Assembly (NCBI GenBank): GCA_050084985.1
Contig: JBITNC010000001.1
Location: 69,502,001-69,566,000, forward strand
Length of the DNA: 64,000 nt
From: Nageia nagi
Lineage: Eukaryota > Plantae > Pinophyta
Reading direction: 5' to 3'
Part shown: one piece after another, positions 28,001 through 40,000 of the stretch
How positions within the stretch are numbered: position 1 is the first letter of the stretch
Layout: every line of letters starts with the position of its first letter
Notes under the pieces: model-generated
Seen by the model: only the letters and a program-made list of their open reading frames with translations
Told to the model about the DNA's origin: nothing
Databases searched by the model: none
Made by a program: the position numbers and the translations under genes

Positions 28001-31000
28001 TGCATCTCGAAAACTCTGTAGTAGTTTTTATTTTTCAGCAGTTTGTTGTAGATTTAGTCTATTGTCAGTTGTGTTTGACAGATGTATAGCGTGTATTCCC
28101 AGCCATTAGAGCTGAATAAGGGAATTAGTTATAGTGTGTTTATTTTTAGAATAGATGAAGAATAATAAAAAAGCCCTTCTCTTGAGAGAAACAGAGGAAG
28201 GAAATGTAATGTTGAATGTTGATGGGGATAGAATACAAGTTCTGAGTTAGAATGTAGTAGATTTCCATGGTGTTTTGTAATCAACAGTGAATCAATAAAA
28301 GTGCAGAGTTTTCCTAAGCTTCTGAGTTTAGTTTAAAGAATCTACCGAAAGGGGATTGGCCAACCCCAATGGTAGTCTCTCTTTCATTTCTTGCTTATTC
28401 CATTTCAGTAATGTGAGTTTATTTTTCAAGCATTTTCAATTCTGCAAATGAGTGCTATTTCCATTCCAGCATATTTCCCTTTCCAGCATTTTACTTTCCA
28501 AGTTATGTACATGTGACTACAAGGATAGAGCAGTGATTTCTACTGCATACAGCTTTAGGCACTGGCCCTGATTTGATATTTTAAATGAGAAAGTGGAGTA
28601 TTGATTTCCAAAACTAGTGAGAGGGAACATAGTAGCAAAACTCGCCGGGAATCGCCAAAACTCGCGAGTCCCGAGTCCGAGTCTGTCTGGCCGAGTCTTG
28701 GCAGCTCGGACTCGCCGGACTCGGCGAGTTTTGGCGAGTCTTGGCGAGTCCCGAGTCCCGGCGAGACTCGCGAGTTTCTAGCCGCGGACTCGCCAAAACT
28801 CGTCTGACACGACCAGCAAGAGAAAAAGTGCCCAGTTTGAGAAAAAGTGCCCAGTTTCTGCCTTTTATTACTTTTTCTAGTCTTTTTTGGTCATTTTGGC
28901 GGTGCAGTGTTGTTAGAAGAAGGGCGAAAGAGAGGGAGAGAAGCATTTTGCAACTAGCTTGATGCCATTGATCCATCCAGTGAATGGATCGTAGACGATC
29001 AGCCTTTACAGGATCAGGATCAGCCTTTACAGGATCAGGGTCAGCCTTCAGGGGATGTGGATGAGTCTTCAGATGATGAGGATCAACCTTTACAACATCC
29101 TAATATTCCTAACATTGTCTTTGATGATCTTGAAATTCTAGCTGAGGAGTTGGCAGCAAAGGGGCAAGAAGAGCAAAGGGTACAAGAAGGGGAAGTGCCA
29201 TCTAGTTCCGTAGCTCAGGCACAAAAGGAACTTGTATCTTATGCTAGGGCAAAGGGGAAAAGGATGACAAAAAATTGAAGTTTTCAGCCATCATAGAATT
29301 AGATATTAGATTGTGTGCTTTTGTATTTTGTAGCCATCTTAGCCTCATAGGCACATTTTGTATTGTGAACTTTGAAGTTTTAACATTTTGATGAATATAA
29401 ACATATGCCCCTTCCTATTCGTTTTTTCTTATTCGTAATTGTGTATATTGTAAATTGTATAATGTTGATGTTGAGTAAGTAGGCTTCTAGAAGACACTAA
29501 TAACAATAATAAGTAATATGCAATTGAAAAAACTTATGTTTTCAGTGAAAAAATACATATTTTTTTTATTTTTTCTTTTGCCGAGTTTTTGCCGAGTCTG
29601 GCCGATTTTTTTGCCGAGTCCCGAGTCCGAGTGGGCCTCAGCGAGTCCGAGCCGAGTCCGAGATTTACTACTATGAGAGGGAATAAAAGTGTTGGAATGC
29701 CAGCTGTTAGAGCTAACTGGTCCCTTCACAGTAATAGGTGTGAGGTTCACTAGGCAAGGGGTTAGTGACAGACCCAAGAGAAAATTGGTGGTCAATTTTT
29801 TACTCATCAGAAATGATTATGAACATTATATTTTCTACATTTTCTAATGTGAATAAACTAATCTTTGCCTTTGGAGAATGAAAATAAGAATTTGGATCAT
29901 CATGATCTACAACTATGTGAGATAGAAGTGGCTGTGTTGCCTAAAGGTCCCAACATCTTCACATGCTCAGTTGTCTAACCCTCGCCCATGTTTATGTGCT
30001 TGCTTGGGGGAATGCTTTGGCAACTATATTTGACTTATAAGCCTAGTGGCTTATCATTCAGCAGTCTATCTTTTGCCTTGTTAATTGTTGTTTTTAAAGA
30101 AATTGGCTTACATTTGACTTTATCATTTGTCTTGGTATTACATGTCATTATTGAGGTCAAAATGCTATTGCTATGTTAACATCATGTTGTGTGCGCTCCC
30201 ATAATTGATGCTTTTACAAAGAAAACAAAACTTCCTTTGATTCAACACGTCATCATTTGAAGGTGAAAGAGCAATTATTTAAAAGAAAACATGGAAATCA
30301 AAATTGGTCACAACCACAAGTAAATTGGTCTCAATGGTCCCAACAAGAATGGCATCCCTAGCCATGGCCACAACAGAGTTGGCAAGCTTAGCAATGGCCC
30401 CAACAATCTTTTCCATCCAACCCATCACAATTTAGAGGATCCTCAGCAGCATGGTTTTTATCTGTGCCTCCAACGAACAACATTGCTCCACCTAAACAAC
30501 CTCCTCTTCCTGTTCAGCCAGTGCCCAGTCTAAATAATTGATCTGTTGATTAACAGCAGGTCTATGAGGCTGAAGGAACATATTCAGTTTCTAAAGGTTC
30601 CTATAACTCTGGACACTTCCAATGAACCATGGATGGTGGGCAGTTGGTTGTAACAGTAACTCCAAATTGGCAGATTTCTCCTGGCAGTTGGTCAACCGGT
30701 CTGTTTAGATATCTACATATCCACAGTTTTGAACAGTTGCAGCAGATATACTATTTTAAGTTTCTTTCAGTTAGAGGAATAAAGATCCAGGTATAGCATA
30801 AATAGAACCCGTTGATCCCATTGTAATAGTTCAGTAGTTCAACAGTCCAGTCTCGTAAATGTTCTCATTTGTGTTTATAGTAACCTGAGTTTCTATGCAG
30901 GCATTGTTGTGGACACACTGTCTTATTGGCACAGCCAACCATTTGATTCAATAAAGCTCGTAATGTTTCTGTGATGTATTTGAGTATAATAATTGTTTAA

Positions 31001-34000
31001 TATATTAAGTTGAGGTAAAATTAGAATAAAACAGATCTTGTAAACTGTCCAAGCTTGGCAAGGACCACCAAGAGTGGCCAGTCCCTGCAGTCCTGCCTGT
31101 AGAATAGATTAGTGTAGGTGACTCCTTTTTTGTTTACTTCATCTTTGTCTACGCTAAATTTAGGAAAAGTTGGCTATAATTTAGATTTGCTTCAGTGTTT
31201 GATGTGTGAACTTTCATCTTGCTGCACTTCCATAGAACCAGAATCATTCAGCAAGTTCAAGGGATGGTATTGGCTCATATAGAGCAATGCCCCTTTTAAA
31301 TCAAAATCTGGTTGACATATAAGAGTGATTCAAACACTTTCGGTTATGCTTATGCTCCTTTTACTTTTCCTCATGGTAATCAAAACTGGTCACAGCCACA
31401 AGTATATTGGTCTCAATGGTCCCAACAAGAGTGGCATCCTCAGAATTGGCAAATTCAGCAACGGCCTCAACAATCTTTTCCATCCAATCCATCCCAATTT
31501 AGAAGCCAAGCCCCTCAGCAGCAACAGCTTATACCTGCACCTCAGTGAACAACACTGCTCCACCTAAACAACCTCCTCTTCCTGCTCAGCCAGTGCCCAC
31601 TCCAAACAAGGGTGTGGCATTTTTCAATATTCTTAATCAGAAGACTCCATATAACAACAGCAATAATACATCCATGTCACCAACATTGATATTGCTCCAA
31701 CAATCTTATAGGGCAAAAGGCAGTCCAAACATCAATACATACAAGAGATTTATCATTCAGAGGCGAACTGGTATTCTTAAACCTTGGTTGTATGCTTCAA
31801 AATTATAAATGCTTGAGTGTTTAAAATTTGGAACAGAAGATGTATCCTTCCTAAGGAATAACGGCCCTGTCTCAGGCCTTGAGAATAAACCTAAAAAGCT
31901 TGAGCCCTTAAGCAGAGAAATCTATGTACTGAATGCCCACCCCAGTATTGGAAACTACATCACTTCAGTAGATGTTTCATCTTTCCAACCTGAATGTTTT
32001 AATTAATCCGAAGAGAGTTCCTTTCTACCAGTCCATGCCTATGTACATAGACAGAAATAAATTATGAGTGACATGGTCCAGCTTCCATTCTAAACAGGAA
32101 AAGCGGGATCTAACAAATTGTAAAAGTTCTAAATCTTGCATGCTTTCTCTGATTCTTCTTATCATTATGTCAAAGAATGAGAACATACCATTAAACAATT
32201 AAGAACAGAATAAGAACAAAAGAACCGCTACTCACCACATCAAGGTGCTGCTCCCCACTGATGTCCATGGCATCCAGACTAAGAATGGAACATGCTAGTG
32301 ATGGGAACGTGACATCAAACTGGAATATCATATAAGAATAACTTTGTTAAGGTCTTACCAGAGTCCTTTTAAGCACATGCATATCTTTTTCTTGCAATGA
32401 CAGTCAAGAAACTTATAGCAATCAAGATCTATATTGAACCTACTAAATTATCGATTTGTTTATTTCAATTTCTATCATTCAGTGAAAATGATGTACATGT
32501 GCAGAAGCTAAAAATATGGCAACATAAAACACTACTAAAGTATGATATTCTCAAGCAAACTGCTAGTCCATTTCAAGTTTTGACTTTCTTTACCATTTTC
32601 ATAAAACTCCAGAGTGATACACTTACCAAACCAGACCCAACAACATAAAGGTGAGCAAATGCCCTTGGAAACATGGATAAGGAAAAGGAAACAACTAAAT
32701 TAAAAAATAAAGAATTTAAATTAGCAGAAAAATTAAAGAAATTTCCAATGTCAAATGTTAATCATCGTGGCAAAAAGAATTATTATTAACATAGGTCTTG
32801 ACTTCTTAAGTCATCAAATCAGCTACAAAACATTATAAGCCAACTCAAACAGATCCAACAAAAGATGCCTGAGGAGGATTTTCACTATCTTTAAGATAAA
32901 ATTTAAATAAAGAAAATCCAAGCTATGATTTCAGAGTTCAAATGTCATTCTTTTCTTCCTTGCTTGCCTCATTGTTAGTTTTCTTTCTTGCCGGACTAGG
33001 TGAATCTTAAATGGACAAGAATGGTACCATAAATTCTACAGTCAGTCTACAATCTATTTCATTTTAAGGCCAAAGCCCTCAACCCTAAATGTGTAAATTC
33101 CAAATTTCCAACTACTAGTTGTTAATCTTCAGTTTATTTGTAAAAAACTTCTTTATTTCAATGTACATTTTAAATTTAAATTAAAATAGTAAATGTATGA
33201 TCCTCGTCTAGTTTCATGTCTAAATTATGTACTAATCATAGAACTAAAAAAAATCTTAAGTATTTTGTCTCACCATAAAGTTTTGTATACTCAATATTCT
33301 CAGATTGAACATGTAAATGCTTTGCCAAGTCCTTATTGATTAAGTTTAAAATGGCTGTATTATATATATAAATAATAACTTCCTCTTTTTGAATGCACCA
33401 TCGAACCACCAATATTGAAAGATCTTTAATGAGAGTCAATCCAACTTCACTTTATTCATTTTCCTTTTTGCTCTGCTTTTCAATTTCTTTCTAATTCTTT
33501 TCTACCATCATCTGTAATCACATTAGAACCAAAATCAAAATTGAAATTACCATTATACCTTATTTCCTCATGTTTCTTATCAGAACAAACACTTGATCTA
33601 GCAAATTTCCACATTTTGAACATTTGGATCATCATATTTTTCAATAAGCATATCCACGAATTTCCTCTATGGCAAATGTTCCTCAATTTTTTTGCAGCTG
33701 CACTGACCCTTACCTTTGCTGACACATCATGTAATTCAAATTGTGTTTCAATTTCATTTATCCAAACAACAAGTTAAGTACCATCAAATCTTCTAATTTG
33801 AAATAGAGGTACCTTTACCAATGGGCCAAACAAAATAAGCCTTTTGTCATAATCAAAATCAGTAACATAATCATCATATCTTTTTCTTCTCATGACCCAT
33901 GATACCACTTGTCATAAACCAAGAAAACATAACTGCTCAAACTTAATAAATTCATAACTCATTCAATATTGCTCGGAATTTGGTGGATAATCACTTGATT

Positions 34001-37000
34001 TCAAGTTCTCAAAATTTTCTTGAAAATGAAACAAAAACTGCTATAATGGGGCAGTTCCACTGAAACCTGGTTTCTCACTACTGCCTATCACTTTCTAATA
34101 AAAGATAAGATCTTTATACCACCTAACCACTACCTACCAGGATATTGGCTGATGAAGATTTGTTTTATTTTTGGGAAAAAATAGTTTAAAAAAATCCAAT
34201 AACTTCTTCAAAAAAAGATCAGAATGAGCTGAAAATTAAATTGTAAGGGATTTGTCTAATTTCCCAACTGCTCATCAAAAGTCTCCTAACAATTTGCTGA
34301 TTTGCAATCTAAAGATGGATTTGGTATGGTGATGCCACGTGCACAATTTCATTGGACTTACTAATTATTTGAATTATTTTTAAATAATTTTATTTTTAGG
34401 GTTAGGGCAACACTTAGAGTTGTCATCTAAAACTATTTAAAGCCTTTTCGGACTCATTTGTAGTGGATTAGACATTTTTGCAATTTGGAGAACTTTGCTA
34501 CTGCTTCCTAATAAACAAGTTTCTTTCAATTTGTGGATGTGGTGTATTTTTAAGTGATTATATGTATGCTCTCATGCTTTGTGACTTTGAACATGAATGA
34601 ATGTTGATGATATCAAGTGAATGTTATTGCTATCTTATGCTATTTTGAGTTGCTTGGTACATTTCATAAATCTACTATAAGGTGGATGAAAGAACACTTA
34701 AATATCTTTTGAAGTGATTTGAGTAGTGTTTTGAAAGCAATAGTTCATTGTTTACATATCAGACTTGTGTATTTTGGAATGGCTCCTTATGTCGCTTAAC
34801 TTAGAAACTTCACCCCATTCATTAAGAATTACTATCATCTCGTCATTCACCATCCTTGCCTTAGCTTCACGCTCCTCCCACTAGACTATTCATGTTGTTG
34901 GCTAGTGAAGCGGATTTGGGTGCGTGGAACCTATACCAAGCTCGAGAAGCAAACCCTACACTTGTCAGTGAGAAGGCATACACTTGTACTGAATTCAAAT
35001 ACCCACCGTCTATCCTAAATTTTTCTTTTATTTTACACTTTCTTTGTGCAGTTTTCACACCCCTTTTTGTTTGTAATGTTTAAGGAACAACCTTGGTCTA
35101 GGCATTGAGACAATCTGATTCCTTGGAAAATAAATGTTACTTAAGTGGGTGGCAACTTTAAACATCTTAACCACTCTCTAAGCCTTGTTCTCGAAAACCC
35201 CAAAAGAGAGACCTTTGAGGTAATCAGTCCTCATAGCGAGAAGGGGTAATGCCCTTCCACCTAAGGTGTTGGTATTCTTCTTGAACCTTGCAAGTCATTT
35301 ACCAATCAGCAAGATAGGAAAGAAAAATTACCCAACAATATCTCTAATTCTCTTGTCTTAGCTATCACAAGGTTATATGACATGGTGGTTAGCCAATTTC
35401 GAGCTCCTCATGGCTTCTCTGACTCTCTCAAGAGTACCATCAAAATGAAACAATGTGGTTCCCTCTCAGCATCTCTTTTTGGTATCTATATAGATGAGTT
35501 CAAGGATTCCCTTCAGCACCACATGCATACAAAAGACAAATGTTTTCTTCATCATGTGTTGATTTCTATTCTTCTTTTTGCTCATGGCGTGGTCCTTCTC
35601 TCTCACTCTACCAAGGGTTTACAAAGACAATTGGGCGCTCTAGCTTGCTTTTGTGATATTCAACAAATTGTGGTTAATCTCAACAAAATGAAAGCTATCA
35701 TCTTCAACAATTCCAAAGGTGCTATTTCCAAGTTCATGTTCTTCTACAAAGGAAAGCCTTTGGAGATCATCACTTCTTACATTTTTGGGGGGTCTATTTT
35801 TTGTACCTTCTTTACTTTGAGACTAGTCTCCCATATGTGTCTTTACAAGGGTTATGCTTCACTCTTTATCCTGAAAACCCAATATTTTCATATCCATTTG
35901 CAGGATATCCCTTCAAAGATGCATCTCTTTGGGTTCGAGGTATGAAGGCCTAGTTTCAAATCCACTAATGAGGCTCACTTTGAGCAAGTTCAAACCTTGA
36001 TGCTCCAACGTTTGATCCATTGTAAGTAGAGAATCCTTAGTGCTTTGTCCAGGCTGAGTTCGTCGCATCACCCCTTTGCCTTGAATGGATCTTTTGAATT
36101 ATCTTTTATGTTCACAAACTATGATCCATAAGTGCCTTTGCCTCTATCAATGCTAGATACTCGTTTCTAGCTCTTTGCTCTTCTACAAAGATCACCTCCT
36201 TAGGCTCCTTCAAATGTCAACACTTTTGGATTTTCAAGACTTGTTTGCTCCTTTTATATAATGTTATCTACAAACAATATACTTTAGTCATATGGAGTTC
36301 ACCTTATATACCACTCAACCACATGTTAGTTTTCTATGCAAAACACATTTTACAAATTGTTGATGGTATCATTAACCAACCCATTTATCTCCAATATCAT
36401 TGGTCGCATGGCTTGAGGATCCTTCTTTGTCAACTAAGAGTACTCCCCACTAGTTGCATATTGAAACTGACCAACATAGTTCGTTTGAGAATCGTGCTTG
36501 TCATCTTTTATCTATCCGAGAAGTGGAATCTAAAGACCACTTTATTTTCAAATGCCTTATGTAGCATCTGAGGGAGGCTCCACTACTTATTCAAATACTT
36601 CAACTCTCCACTTTCTTCTAGCATCCCCATTAGCATGCCTAGCCCTTTATATTTGAGAGGTTTAGACACAAATCTCTACAAGGGACCTTATAACTACCAA
36701 GTTGATTACTTCTTTAAACCCATCACAACTAGTGGGGGTGTTAAATGCCCTCAAAACACTTCCAAATTCACACAAATGGTGATAAGTTAGCATGTCGACA
36801 TTCTTCATCACACACTATTACCCAGGTTCGCTAACGACCTTCCAACCTCAAATGCTACAAATTTGTTTCCATTTGTTTGTTTGTGTGCAGACCAATTCTA
36901 CTTATTTCATTATTTTGCATGGTGCTATTGGATTCTGTTAATTGTTATTATTGCTCTCATCAAACCAACAATTGGTATCAAAAAAAACTTTAGGAAGACT

Positions 37001-40000
37001 TGGTCGACCCTATTGTTTTCCCTAGTTCCTCTAAATTGCCTAACCTCGACTAGTTTTCCATTTGGGTTTCCATTCGTCAAACCCTAGTCAGAAATTCCTA
37101 CTTGCATTTGACTTTGCATTCTCAAATTGTTGATTTCCTTTGTCTCCTTATTTGAATCCCCTCTATAGGCAAGTTTCCTTGAACCATCTTTAACCCACTT
37201 TGTATTCTCCTTTATCAACCTAGTTAGTTGTCGCATTGTTCTCCATCCTTTTGCTCAAGTTATCTCAATCCTAGCTCTCCTCACCCCAATAGCCTACTTC
37301 TTTGGGCCAAAGAATTTCAACAAGGAACCTTCACCATCACCATCACCCAATCTAGCTCATGATCGCCAAAAGTTACCCTATCACTGCTTGATGCCTCATT
37401 GACAGATTCCCCAACTACTGGCTCTAGCACTTTGTCAATGGAAAATATAACAAGTGGCAGCTCATCCTCAATAGCCCACAAAATTATTGTGTTGTCCCTA
37501 TTGATATAGAATCAAACATTCTCCCCATTCCTTTTAACTTGAAGAATATAATGTTTGGCCCTGTTGTTCCCAACATGGTAATCTTGCCCTTTGTAGCATT
37601 CAAAGTTCCAAGCGTGTTGTAAACGAGGCAAACGTGGAATTCCATTACGGAAGTGGCAACATCTTAAACTTCTTCAGCATATGTGCATGAGCTCCAGCAA
37701 ATTCCACAACATGATAGTGTTGAAGGGGAAGAGTTGGGTTCTTGCCCCTTACACATGGGTGAGGAACTCAAAGATCCATTGCCTTGTGCAATGTGTGGCC
37801 ATTCCACCAACCTATATATGATCCACCAACCCCTCCTCTCTACCTCTCAACAACGATGTGCACGTCAAAATGGTCACTAACAATGCAATCATTATCACGG
37901 GTGCGATACGGGTCATATTTTTTAAAGATTTTAATTTGAATATTTAAAAAAAAAAAAGTCAAAGTCCTTTGATTTACAAAAAAAAATGTGTTTTTTAAAA
38001 GTGGACTCACTTTTTATTAAAAGATAAATGTTTGTAAAGTCACGTTTAATTGGAACAAGTCACACATTTGATTTAAAGATTTTTTTAATTTATAGTCTTT
38101 CATTTATTGAGAAGATTATCTAATTTGGAAAGTCATTAAAATCTAATGGACCCCATACACCTTGTGTTAGTAGACGCCACACCCCCTTGTATTGTTGAAA
38201 ATCAGGTATTAAATGGCTGATCCAGGCATTTTGTTGAACCTTTCTTAAGAATTCCAACACTTCAAGAATCATAAATTTGATAAACCTACCTTGGGCACTA
38301 AAACAATTGTGGAGAAGATTCGATCATCCCTTTATGAATTTCTTAATAATAAGAAAAGGCCAAACCGTGAGAGATTGGGTAAGAGAAGAGGTGGAATATC
38401 AAAGTTTGATCACAAGTTTCACTCATAGTAGGAAAATTAATACCCTTGCATCCAATGAATTGGAGGGAAGTTTCTTGCAACATGAACAACTCCTCTTGAA
38501 CAATGAAAAAGATGACTCTTTCGAAGCTATTGCAACAAAGTTAAAGCAAAAGAAGCCTTTTGTGAAAAAGGTTGAGGAGCCTCACAATCAAAGATAGCCT
38601 CAAAAGCAAAAGAAGGTTGTCACTTGTTTTTACTATAGCAAGCCAGGCCACATGTCAAAGGATTACAAAAAGAGGCAAGTTGATCATCAGAAAAAGCAAG
38701 GTGGCCAACAATCATTATGCATCCAAAAAGGCTGTCACATATTCGTTGTTGCTTACCAATCAAAACATGATCATGATGACCAAGTTTGGTACATCAACTC
38801 TAGTGCTACAAGGCAACTAATGAGAAAAGAAGACTAGTTTCATGACATCTAAGCAATGAAAAGGAGTAAATGTCACTTTTGGCTACAACTCAACATTGCA
38901 AGTGAAAGGAGTTGGCAAAACTTCCATCAAAATGCCTAATGGCAAGGAGACTTATATCAATGGTGTTATACATTTACCTATCATGAAAATTTTGATTTCA
39001 GTTAACCAAATACATCAACAGATCTTGAGAGTTATGTTTACAAAAGACAAATGTATGATACAAAATAGTCAAAACAATGTAATTGGTGTAGAGAAAAAGG
39101 AATTTGGCTTGTATAAATGTGTCACCGATAGTGATGAAGCTTTGATTTCTGAAGAATTATCACCAGACTAGTTATGGCATGAACACCTAGGTCATTTGAA
39201 CTATACCAATCTTAAAGATGTGAATAGGTTGAATATGGTGCATGGCTTGCTAAAGATTTCAACAGACAAATGCTTGTGTGTAACTTGCATAGTGGGAAAG
39301 CAACACATAGAGAAATTTAAGAAGACAAAGCTTGGAGAGCCAAATCAAAGTTACAGTTGGTACATTTTAACTTGTGTGGCCCAATAAAGACTGCACTGCA
39401 TATCTTGGTGGTGCAAAGTATTTCAGCACATTCATTAATGATTTCTCAAGGCGTACTTGAGTTTATTTTCTCAAGTACAAGTCTCAAGCTTTTGATGCAT
39501 TTAAAGAATTCAAAGCAAAAGTTGAAAATCAAAGCAACAAGAAGATCAAAGTTCTCAAGATTTCACTGCATTTTGCAAACATCATGGAATTAAGACGCAA
39601 CTTTTAGCACCTTAAACACCTTGGTTGAGAAGGGCGAATTCATGATGAAGATGAATGAGCTTACAAACACATTTTGGGCAAAAGAAGTGAAGACAGCTTG
39701 TTACATGATTACTAGAAGTGCCACAAAAGTTGTTCCAAACAAGACACCAAAAAAAGTTTTAACAAGTAAAAATCCAATTGACTCATTTAAGAATATTTGG
39801 TTGTAATGTCTACATGCATGTTCCCAAAGAAAGGCAAAAACTAGATGATAAGAGTATATTTATTGGTTAAAATGATGCAAGAAAAACATACCAGGTATAT
39901 CAAAACCAAGAAAGTTCATGTACGAGGCATGTAATCTTTGACTTGGAACTTCTTCAACATAAAGTAGCTGGAGAACAACCAAAATCTTGCACACCCACTC

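Noticed and set aside
28601-28976. Overlapping S/R/E-rich ORFs
   Set aside because: Artefacts of GC-rich hAT subterminal repeats
37000-37900. Captured host gene fragment inside Copia element 2
   Set aside because: No interpretable frame or motif by eye; cannot be supported without a search
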